This document shows, piece by piece, positions 54,751 through 64,000 of a stretch of 64,000 bases of DNA. Position numbers and translations under genes: made by a program. The stretch comes from Macrostomum lignano. Taxonomy: Eukaryota. Location: NCBI GenBank assembly GCA_002269645.1, contig NIVC01003721.1:85678-149677 (forward strand). The letters run 5' to 3'. The notes below the pieces were generated by a model. It saw nothing but the letters and a program-made list of their open reading frames with translations, ran no database searches and had not been told where the DNA came from. How positions within the stretch are numbered: position 1 is the stretch's first letter; every line of letters starts with the position of its first letter.

Positions 54751-55760
54751 TTGAATTTCAATGCCCTCTGTCCGAAACAGTGGAATATTGGCCTGATCCA
54801 TTGTATGCTGCACAGAGCTTACTCTCTGTGTAGTTCCTGGGCTGCGTTTGATGAGGAGGTGAAAAATTTGACTAGGATTTTCAGTATGAACGGATACCCA
54901 AAAAATCTCATTAGTCGGTTGATTTTCAAGTTTGTCACTAATAAGGTTACTGGCAGACTGCAACAGAATCATAGTAAAAAGCCGGATGACCCCGTGATGA
55001 TCTTGCCGTTCTATGGTATCCCATCTATCTTGTTGAAAAAGAAGCTTGAGAGATCTTTTCGGAAATGGTACAACACTCCGATTAGGATTGTCTTTCGCAC
55101 TGCCAAGGTGGGTCAATTTGTCAGCAATCTCAAGTCCCATGTTCCTTGTGCTCTAGTTGCAGGTGTCGTCTATAAATTTTGTTGTTCTGAAGATCAGAAT
55201 ATCTCTTACGTGGGAAAAACCAAAAGACACCTGCACACCAGAGTTAGGGAGCATTGGCTGAAAAAATCTGCTATCCAGGACCACCGTCTGGAATGCAAGG
55301 GCTGCTGTGACAGAGAACAGATTGAATTGTTTAAAATTATCGACCGTGCTAACTCTGAATTCAAGCTTAGCATTCTTGAAGCGCTGCACATCAAAGCTCA
55401 AAATCCCAGTCTCAATGTGCAATTGCTACATAGTGGTGCGGGCCACCTTCTTAGGGTGTTTTGAGTTTGACTATTTTTTGTTGCGCGTACATTTGTTTTT
55501 TACATCTGTTTGCCTTCTCTCTCTCTCTCTCTCATTATTCTCGCTTAACTCCAACCCCTAGTTTTTTATGTTTTTCGTACATTGGTTACCCTCCCGTTTT
55601 CAATTTGACACTTGAGATAGTACAATCGTTTGCTTATTTATATTGAGTGTTTCGTTCAGTGATAAAATAAACCCTGACGACGGCCCTAGTGGGTTGAAAC
55701 GCGTTGGTTTTCGCCATAAATGTTGATCTTGACTTAAGCTTTATTTATATGATATCAAAA
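54751..55760 (+). mobile_element. 5'-truncated Penelope-like retroelement: RT thumb/linker plus GIY-YIG endonuclease (ORF 54751-55464) and 3' pLTR
   Basis: LIHCMLHRAYSLCSS...NGYP, LPFYG, VYKFCC...SYVGKTKRHLHTRVREH, SAIQDH and LEALHIKAQNPSLN are typical of the PLE ORF C-terminus; hammerhead motif in the 3' region. Confidence 0.92.
55669..55710 (+). ncRNA. Minimal type I hammerhead ribozyme of the Penelope element
   Basis: Stem I AAACC/GGTTT, core CUGACGA, stem II GGCCC-UAGU-GGGUU, GAAA, single-pair stem III with palindromic CGCG loop. The cleavage triplet is GUU rather than GUC. Confidence 0.8.
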
Positions 55761-57144
55761 TTGTCTACTTTATACGTAACATACATAGTATAGACTAGGT
55801 ATAGCAATAAGCCAAATGAAAGTTACATTATGATTTATTTTCTGATTTTTCGACTCTGTATGTTAGAGTCTTAAATAAGACTTAAGTCAAGACAACAAAA
55901 AAATCAGATTTAGGATTTAGCATATCAAACTCATATTCATGATTCAGAATCATAGCACTTGTACTTTAATTAGCTTTACTACTGTATTCAATATTTCTTA
56001 ATAAAAATCTAGCTAGCATTATAAAAAATACTTTTTAATGTAATTACCTTATTTCCTTCCTCTTAATTGTCCCACGTTTAATTGCCCAAAAACTTAAATT
56101 TTTTCAAACACGACCTTTTGGATAAAAGTAATACAAACAGTATAATACTGTTACTTATAGTAAAGGTTAACATTTTTATATCCCAACATGTTTTCTCATA
56201 GTATTACTCAACTTAATTTAATTTTTAAGCATAATGTTTGTTTCAATGTGGCAATTTATTTAAACGTAGAACTTTAGGTGATTTTGTCCGAGGCATCCTA
56301 GGACCTAGTATTGATTGACTGGTTAATCAGAAACCTACTGTACTGACTGACGAGATAGAATTGATGAATAAAAAGGAAAAGGCTTTTCAAATAAGTCTAG
56401 GCAATCTCCTAGTCCTAGTTTACTGCATTAAATTATTAAGGTCATTATAAAGTGGTATTCTTTCGGAGGACGTCATTACTTAACTTACCATTTTCGGTAG
56501 ACGATCACGATTGAAATTTGTCCCTGTTCTCTGTTTTCACTGTGTGGTGCACTGTACTAGATTCTTTTGTGCGCAGTGTGCGCATGCACCCCAAAATTTG
56601 AAATCGCACCCTGAAATTGAAAAAGTGGGTGCAGTTTAGGTGCAGTCTCATGTCATAACCTATTTCCTTTTTAAGCCTTAAAGCCTTTTTGCACTGCCTT
56701 GAAATAAGAAAAAAGAGGAATTGGGCATAGATTGCGATTTTGCGCCTTGTCTCAGTAAAAAAATATTACCCAGATGCACAGGAGAAGGAAATTTCAATTC
56801 AAAAAGGAATATTTATCCCAGATATCTAGATATCTGGATATTTAGGCCTATCCTATTCCTATACAGGAATTTCTGGCTGTAAGCCTGTATAGCAATGATC
56901 ATTATGCATATAGGGCCTACCCATATACCCTACCCATATAGAGAGAGAGAGAGGGTATAATACCATGTTCCACTTTGTAAGGCATAGATAGTTCTTATTT
57001 CTTTATACTAGGTAACTAGGCAGGCCCTAGGCCTATATAGAATTGATAGTGAGGCCTCCATGCAATGGGGCTATTTCATTCAAGATATCATGTATGACAT
57101 GCAAGTAGTTTAAGGCTTAGAAAAGAAAGACAAGAGGTATTATA

Positions 57145-58423
57145 TGAAGGTTGTCATAAATTTGCTGACAACTACAAATATCAAAGAAACAAAACAAAGA
57201 ACAGCTAGGCCTAATTGTCAACATTGCATTTCTCAACATAGTTGCCCTCAAGCTGCATACATTTGTGCCATCTCTCTGGCAGCTTGCTGCTGTCCTGGGT
57301 GAAGAATTCCATGGGGTCCCTTATACCTACTGGCTGATGGCCGAGCTGAGTGCAGAAAGGCTTCTATAGCAATGGCCACAAAGAGGCTCTTTCATTTTAG
57401 GAAACAACCAGTAGTCACTAGGGGCCAGGTCAGGAGAATAGGCAGGGTGAGGCAGCAACTTGAAGCCTAGTCTCCTGATGACATCCATAGTTGCATTGTA
57501 GGTATGCGGCCTAGCATTGTCCTACTGCAGCACAGTGCCCCTGGTGAGCCATTCCAATATTTCACAGTAGTACTGGGCATTGATGGTTCTGCCTTCAGGT
57601 AGCCACTCAATCAGCAAGATGCCTTCTCTGTCCCAGAACACGGTGGCCATGTGCTTACCTGCTGACTATACTGCCTTGGCCTTGACTAATTGGGGTTTGT
57701 GAATAGCCTTCCAGATGCTGCTCTGCTGTTTCGTTTCCAGTTCGTAGAAGTGAAACCACATTTCATTACCAGTCACCAGGCAGCCAAGAAAGTCAGGCTC
57801 ATTTTGATAGGCATTGAGCAGGTGGCAGCACATCTGGACCCTCTCTTGCAGTTGGACAAGAGTCAGCAGTTTAGGGACCCATTGTGCAACAACTTGTGTC
57901 ATATGTAGATGGTCAGAGATGATGAAAAGAATGCTCTTCATTGGTATTGCCAACAAGTCCTCTAACTGCCTCAGGGTTGCTCCACAATCATCATCCAGGG
58001 TATGCTGCACACGCTGGATATTGTCACTAGAAGTAAATGACCACGGTGCACCTAGGCAGGGAGCATCATCAACTGTCTCCTAGCCGTCCTCAAAGCACTG
58101 CACCCACTTTGACACAGTTTGTTTTGAAGGTGCATCCTCACCAAAGATTTGCAGTAGCTTGCAATAAATATCAGCCTGCTTCTTCTGCTGCTTCCACAAA
58201 CAACCAAATGACAGTGCGCTTGGCAGCTTCACTTTTCTCTATACTGGCTAGAAGGGTGGTTTGAATGCCACTCAATTTCGGCTTTATCTCAAAAGCCAAA
58301 AGGAAGATTTTCCATAGACAATAAGATCAATGGTGCCTTAGTCTGTAACAAAAATTTTGCCCCAAAGTACAAAAGAAACAGATGCTATATAAGTTTGTCA
58401 GCAAATTTATGACACAACCCTCG
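57145..58423 (-). mobile_element. Full-length (1279 bp) inactive mariner element
   Basis: TA TSDs at 57143-44 and 58424-25; ~30-bp TIRs (cgagggttgtgtcataaatttgctgacaa). Minus-strand transposase motifs FGEDAPSKQTVSKWV, WVPKLL, VTGNEMW and YSPDLAPSDY, with in-frame stops and frameshifts. Confidence 0.92.
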
Positions 58424-60060
58424 TACTTTTCAAACTTAATCATTTCAAAGCAATTTTCATATTAAGTGATTGTCATAAAAACTAATATAATGATATAATA
58501 GGGCCTATTTAAAGTGCTAATTTATAAAACTACTAGAATTTGTAATATATAAAAAACATAAAAAGATTACAAATCTCTAAAATTTTAGGCTTCATTACTT
58601 AAGCTTAGCAAGGGAACTCTTTGCTTTGCTTGAAACCACAATGGCTATCACCAAAAAGTTTTATTCTTATTACTATAATGAATTACTTATTACCAAAATT
58701 ACTAAAATATCTTGTGATTGTAATTTAACCAATTATAGTCTATATATAACACAGTAGATAGTATGTAAATATGCAAAGCAAAGCATAATACCTAAGAATT
58801 GATTGAATTATATATAGTCATGTGTATATAAGTTGCATGTACTATATTATATGCACTTTATAGTAGAATATCTAAAAATAAGTAAACATGTTAGCAAGGC
58901 TCTCTCTAGCAAAACTAGAAACTATTTAGAGGTAAGTAAGGGTCTATTACAACTTAAACTATATATCTTTTTGGCTATAAAAATTTTCATGGCAGATAAA
59001 ATAACCTAATTGGCAAACAAAATAAACAAAATGACTATGAAAATTAGTAAACAAAAAGTTAACAAATAAAATGACCACATACCTATCATTGCATTAACTT
59101 ATTTTGGCTTTTTGAATCCTGATTTCTTCCTAAGCTAAAAGCCATTAAATTGAAGTTTTTTATTTTTAAACTCAATACATTAAGGTGATATATATAAACA
59201 TAATATGTACTATTAAGCATATATAGATGCCTAGGCTAGCCTAGGACTATAGTATAAAGATAAGAAGCTACATTTCTATTCAAGAGGCAAGTTTACCAAA
59301 AAAAGAAATAGAAATTTCGATAAGAGATCTTTTAATATCATTTGCCTTTCTTATATAGCTCCATTGATATAGAGCTTATGTATAAACTAATAGTCTATAC
59401 TCAAAAAATAATGTAGCACCCACTGTTCAAGTGTGGCTCTGTCTTAATCTTATAAGAATAATGAGCCTTCATTAAAGTAGAATACAATACTTTTATTATA
59501 GTTTAATATATAGATTATATTTATAGGAAAAGCCTAGCCTAGTCAATATTGTCTCATTTTTATAAATGCTTAGATTATTTTAGAATTATTGCTTTAAAAC
59601 TAAGTAGTATTGAAAACAGGAGCATCAAAAACATGCAAACATATTTCTTTTTCAAATTTGTTTGCCCATGTTTCATCCTAAGCTAACATATTCAGGGCAA
59701 TTACTATTGGTTCATATTGGGTTGCAGATATTTATTGATCAATAGTGTTCAAAAAAGAATTATAGATATTGTGCTGAAGGATTGAACAAAATCAAAGACA
59801 GTTTTAATGCAAATTGTATGTAGTCCAAGTACAAGTCAAGTCAGTTTAGCCAGTGTAGAAAAGCAAGTATACTGTCCATCAGAGCACTTTGAGCTTATGC
59901 TCTACACCCTTACTCATCAGCTGCAGTAGCGAGGTTAGTATATAGGAACTGTATCCATGCTGCAAGCGCAGTCATCAGACGCTGCTTAATGAGATTTAAG
60001 ATGGCATTATTCTATGGCCTGTACTGTCAGTAGCGAGGTTAGTATCTAAGAACTGTATCC

Positions 60061-61719
60061 ATGCTGCAGGCGCAGTCATCAGACGCCGCTGCTCAAGTAG
60101 ACAACCTGCCCGAGCCTCTGTCGGCCAGATTTGTCGATTCATTCGCTTATAAAACTGTGCGCGACCGGCTGCCAGTGATCCTAGCCAAGGTGGCCGACTC
60201 AGTGTGTCGCAGAAAGTCGGAGTTTAATTCCACCGACATGGACCGAGTCAAATCCGTCATCATTGGCGGCGTCTCCCGGTTGCGCAACGAACTGCAGACA
60301 GACAAGCCGCTGCTGCCGCTGTCCGACTCCGCCTCGGACACGACCGCTTGGAATGACTACCTGGCCGAGCTGACTGAAACGCTTGGCCGAGCGCCGAGTT
60401 GGTTTAAAGAGCCCTGGCTGTATGTTGAATGCTACATGTATAGGCGGCTGCTGGAGCTGGTCAATCTAGCGATCTGACGGTCGGCATTGATCTGTTCGCG
60501 CCCGAGAAACGGCAAAGTTTGCTTGGCTCCGCCGCGCTGGCTGCCGCTGCCGCCGAAGCCGCTCTGGCAGCCGAGGCCGAAGCAGAGGCTGCCAACGGCG
60601 CGCCTCAGCTGCGCCGGCTGCTCCGGCTCTGCCTGTCAGCCAATCTGGCCGACCTGTCGCTGTCAGCTTTGGCCGAGGCGCACCAGCTGGCCGCGGATGA
60701 CGCCAACTCCTCCGGATTGATCATCCTGCTGGACCACACCGATCAGTTTGTCGACTGTTTGCGCCAGCGCGGTCCTGCTGTCGCTGTTGTGCATGTGAGC
60801 TCCGACTGGAAATACTCTGCACACCTGGAGTGGAATTTGTCACTAATATATTTACACGGAATTCAAATAGGCATAGCATTTTGACTCACGCCATCAACCC
60901 ATGTGTGAGCGTGTGTATGAGTGCGTGCCTGTGTACAGTATTGGCGCCTTGTGTGTAATGTGCTCAGGAGTCAGCGCCGATAACTATATCGGCGTGTATT
61001 ACTTCACTGTGTTATTATTATGATCCAGAGTCCCTCCACCCCAAAATTCCAGGTGTGCGCATTGACGACACTTCTCGTTCTCTGAGTACGTGTTTGAGCA
61101 AGACTGAATGTACAATCATGTCCGCAGATCGTGCTGGACAACGTCGGCCCGGAGCTGGTGTCGGACCTCTGCCTAGCCGAATGCCTTCTACGCGGTGGTC
61201 ACGCTGCAAAAGTCCGGCTGCACACCAAAGCGGCGCCCTGGTTTGTGTCCGACGCTACTGAACTGGACTTGGCTGCCACGCTTGACTGGCTGGCCTCCGG
61301 CTCGGCCGGCCAATCATCCGTCCAGCTGGCCGAGTCGCTCCGGTCTCGCCTGTCTACCGGACAGCTATCGTCCGGTAGCGACCCGTTTTGGACAACTTGG
61401 CTAGCATTTGCCGACATGGAAACTTCGCCGCTGGGCGCAAGCTTTATAAAAAGCTGAGCCAGGCTGACTGCGTTGTGCTCAAAGGCGATCTTAACTATCG
61501 CAAGGCCGTCAGTGATTTGGCCTGGCCGCCAACCGCACCATTGGCCAAAGCCGTCGGCCGCTTCCGTCCGGCGCCTCTGCTGTTAGTTCGCACTCTCAAA
61601 TCGAACGTGGTGGCCGGTTTAGCGCCCGGACAGGCCGAGGCGGCCGCGCTCAGCATTCCGACTGGATGGTGGCCGGTAAATGCGGTGTTCTGCAGTTCCT
61701 GCCTGCGGAGAATGCTTGA
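60061..61719 (+). CDS. ARMT1: ARMT1 / DUF89 damage-control phosphatase, two exons (60061-60794, 61128-61719), interrupted by three 1-nt deletions
   Basis: Motifs SFAYKTVRDRLPVIL, PWLYVECYMYRR, DLF, DLSLS, VLDNVGPELVSDL, PWFVSD, KGDLNYRK, RTLKS and DWMVAGKCGVLQF. Intron GTGAGC...ccgcAG is phase 0. Adding one base at ~60462, ~61427 and ~61660 restores a 442-aa frame. Confidence 0.9.
60885..61020 (+). mobile_element. SINE family A 3' fragment in the ARMT1 intron
   Basis: gagtgcgtgcctgtgtacagtattggcgcc...gctcaggagtcagcg is shared with 62790 and 40320; ttattatta tail. Confidence 0.55.
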
Positions 61720-61824
61720 CTTTTCCCTGGCTGACTGACTGCTTAGTCCAGGCAAGCAGATTCTAAAATGATTGTACGGTAGTAGAAGAGATTTAAAAAT
61801 ACAGATTGGCGCAGAACTTTAAAA

Positions 61825-62090
61825 GTATAATAAAAATAATAATATTTGATTGCACCTGCCCCAATTTGGCCAGATGTGCAACCGACGCATCTGAAGGCTG
61901 CGTACGGCTGTTCAGTCCAAGGACTGGGGGTTGAAACACACACACACCCTCAATTACCCCAGCTAATGCTGGCACCCTTGCAGAGTTAAGTTTTTTTGCT
62001 CAATGATTCAAATTGTTCCAGTGGAATCGGGAATCGAACCCCCGACCTTCAAGTCGTGAGTCCAACGCTCTAGCCACTAGGCTAAACAGT
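61825..62090 (-). mobile_element. tRNA-derived SINE (family B) with intact A and B boxes
   Basis: Minus strand TAGCCTAGTGG (A box) ... GGTTCGATTCC (B box); acceptor and anticodon stems do not pair, so it is not a tRNA; attattatt tail near 61830. Confidence 0.7.
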
Positions 62091-62789
62091 TAATGAGAAA
62101 TTAGTCAGTATAAATATTTTTTGTGATTTCTCATTACCAGTAACTGGTTGAATTTTGTAAAGTTTGAAGACAGTGCCTGTATTGGTTCAAAAGTTATAAC
62201 ATCCATCCCGTATTCCATCCTATTTAGAAATATAAAAAGCTATCTTTACTACTCATGAAATTAGACGAACGCATTTTTTGCAAGTGATGTAGTAAGCTAT
62301 TTTAGAGGATTATGAAGTGTTTGTTTGTAATTGCACATAGAATATTTCAAACGGCAGATTTCATGTCAGCACGAAATGTCATGTGCAGTTAGCAATGTTG
62401 CAGGCGTTTGAATCTATGGCGGAAAAATAGTGGCTTTGCTAGTACCATATCTGATGGCATCCTTCGGGATAATTATTGGCATTGGTAATCAGGAAATCTA
62501 TAGGAAACTTTAGACTAGAAAGTTATCACTCTTTTTCAACTATATATTGTCATTTTCTTTCGTTCATGTTGATGTGTTATTAGTCTTGCTTACAAACCGT
62601 TTTGAGCTTCCTATCTGCCTCTACTAGTGAATTGCGGCCATTCAGTCAATGCTAAAATGTGATTTAACTGATTTCGTGTTTTTGCACACTGAAAAAGTAA
62701 ATGTTACTAATACAATGTACGTCTTGTGTTTCTATTTACTATCACTTTCATTATTTCATTCGTGATTACAACTAAGTGAATTCAGGGTT

Positions 62790-63015
62790 ATTGTGCGATT
62801 CACGCCCATGAGGGCCAGCCCCCGAGGCACAGAGTGTACATGCCTGACGATTAGACAGTCAGTCAGTGCCGCTGTACACCCTGTGTGATCCTGTGTACAG
62901 TATTGGGGCACTTGTATGTGCTCAGGACTCAGCGGAATGTGCGGATTTGCCTCAGTGCTGCTTTATGGCGAGTCGATGTCGCTATTATTATTAATTATTA
63001 TTATTAATTATTATT
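62790..63015 (+). mobile_element. SINE family A 3' half with (ATT)n tail
   Basis: Homologous to 40320-40580 and 33240-33310; ends in ctattattattaattattatta. Confidence 0.65.
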
Positions 63016-63114
63016 AAATCAATGTCTAACGATTTCAGCCAAACAAAGACTCAAAAGAACCAAGAGCCGTCTATTAGATTAAATAAAACTCGATCATAAA
63101 TTAAACTATTAGCG

Positions 63115-63717
63115 ATGCCGCCAAAAGCAGCAAAAAGTAAAACAACCAAGACTGCTGCTGCTACTGCTTCGGCAAAGAAGACCCAGAAACAGCAAAAGGT
63201 GTCTGCTGAAGTGGAAGCCGACGACTCGCTACCGGGCAAATCGACTCCAGGTAAGAAGCGCCGGCGCACCCTGCCAATCAGACCGGCCCGGCAAGGCGGC
63301 CACTGCGTACTGATTTCGCACCTGCCGGACGGCCTGCGCGAGCCGCAGCTTCGCCGATTTCTCAGCCAATTCGGCCGGGTTCACCGTGTTCGAGTGCCCC
63401 GCTCGAAGTCCGGAGCCGGCAACGCCAAAGGCATCGCTTTTGTTGAAATGGCCGAACCGGCAGCTGCCAAGACGGTGGCCGAAACGCTGGATAATTACCT
63501 AATGTTCACCCGGCTGCTCAGGTGCAAGGTGGTGCCGGATCCAAAACGATTGACGTTCGCGTCGGACGGCCGGCTGAAGAAGCAGCCCAAGGCTAAGGAG
63601 CAGCCGACTGCCGTTTCTACAAAAGACTCCGCGGCGGCTGCGCGCGGTCGTTCGCGCCGATTGCGCGCTAAATTGCAAAGATTGAAGCAGTTGGATCCGG
63701 AGTTCGAGTTTGCTTAA
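63115..63717 (+). CDS. NIFK: NIFK / Nop15-like nucleolar single-RRM protein, 200 aa, intronless
   Basis: K-rich N-terminus, then CVLISHLPDGLREPQLRRFLSQFGRV...RSK..GNAKGIAFVEM...AKTVAETLDNYLMFTRLLRCKVV (NIFK/Nop15 signature VAETMDNYL..L.C). C-terminus RLRAKLQRL...EF. AATAAA at 63776-63781. Confidence 0.88.
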   Translation: MPPKAAKSKTTKTAAATASAKKTQKQQKVSAEVEADDSLPGKSTPGKKRRRTLPIRPARQGGHCVLISHLPDGLREPQLRRFLSQFGRVHRVRVPRSKSGAGNAKGIAFVEMAEPAAAKTVAETLDNYLMFTRLLRCKVVPDPKRLTFASDGRLKKQPKAKEQPTAVSTKDSAAAARGRSRRLRAKLQRLKQLDPEFEFA

Positions 63718-64000
63718 GCCTGGTTTCCAAGGCCCAGTTGATCGCCTTGCTTTTGTGACGCCTAGTTGACGTTAAAATAAAATATATGGACGCGCATCGC
63801 ATATTATTGCATTTTTTAATCTGCGAAATACTTCGTTCTTCAGTAATTTCATTAAATCAGTAACAAGGCATTTCTTGGAAGCTAGCTTCAGCATAATCGT
63901 ATTATTTTTATGCATATTGGCTACCTTACCATGTTGTCTGTACCAGCACCGTGCTAGAGCGTTTAGTTGTAATATTTAATCAATGCTCCAGATCCTCTTA

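Noticed and set aside
62016-62090. Functional tRNA gene (apparent CAC anticodon)
   Set aside because: A and B boxes are present, but the acceptor, anticodon and T stems do not pair properly and the sequence continues into a SINE body.

Overview
Eukaryotic (animal) genomic DNA with spliceosomal introns. The GC-rich Ala/Gly/Gln-rich exons and very dense, diverse minisatellites suggest a flatworm such as Macrostomum; the species is inferred, not shown. (1) A minus-strand alan shepard/RBMS-family two-RRM gene spans about 43 kb. I assembled it as 8 coding exons with GT-AG junctions and matching phases (48200-47991, 42130-41981, 40079-39864, 27087-26710, 12751-12538, 11586-11480, 6932-6222, 5279-5070; 731 aa, including a ~318-aa low-complexity N-terminus). 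(2) The terminal exon of an unidentified plus-strand gene lies at 629-1041. (3) A ~10-kb AT-rich, CpG-depleted block of transposon relics (about 49.9-59.9 kb) holds a hAT deletion derivative, a Penelope-like retroelement with a hammerhead ribozyme and a full-length dead mariner. (4) A plus-strand ARMT1/DUF89 gene is broken by three single-base deletions, followed by an intronless NIFK/Nop15-like RRM gene. About 20 unrelated minisatellite arrays, hAT- and Harbinger-like MITEs and tRNA-derived SINEs fill the introns. The most notable structures are a ~420-bp near-perfect palindrome made of two inverted MITE copies, minisatellites abutting most shep exons, and the frameshifted ARMT1 with a duplicated start codon region. 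There is no CRISPR array, rRNA gene or intact tRNA. Most long ORFs in the supplied track are repeat-derived or antisense artefacts. I found no evidence for a wholly new multi-gene system.
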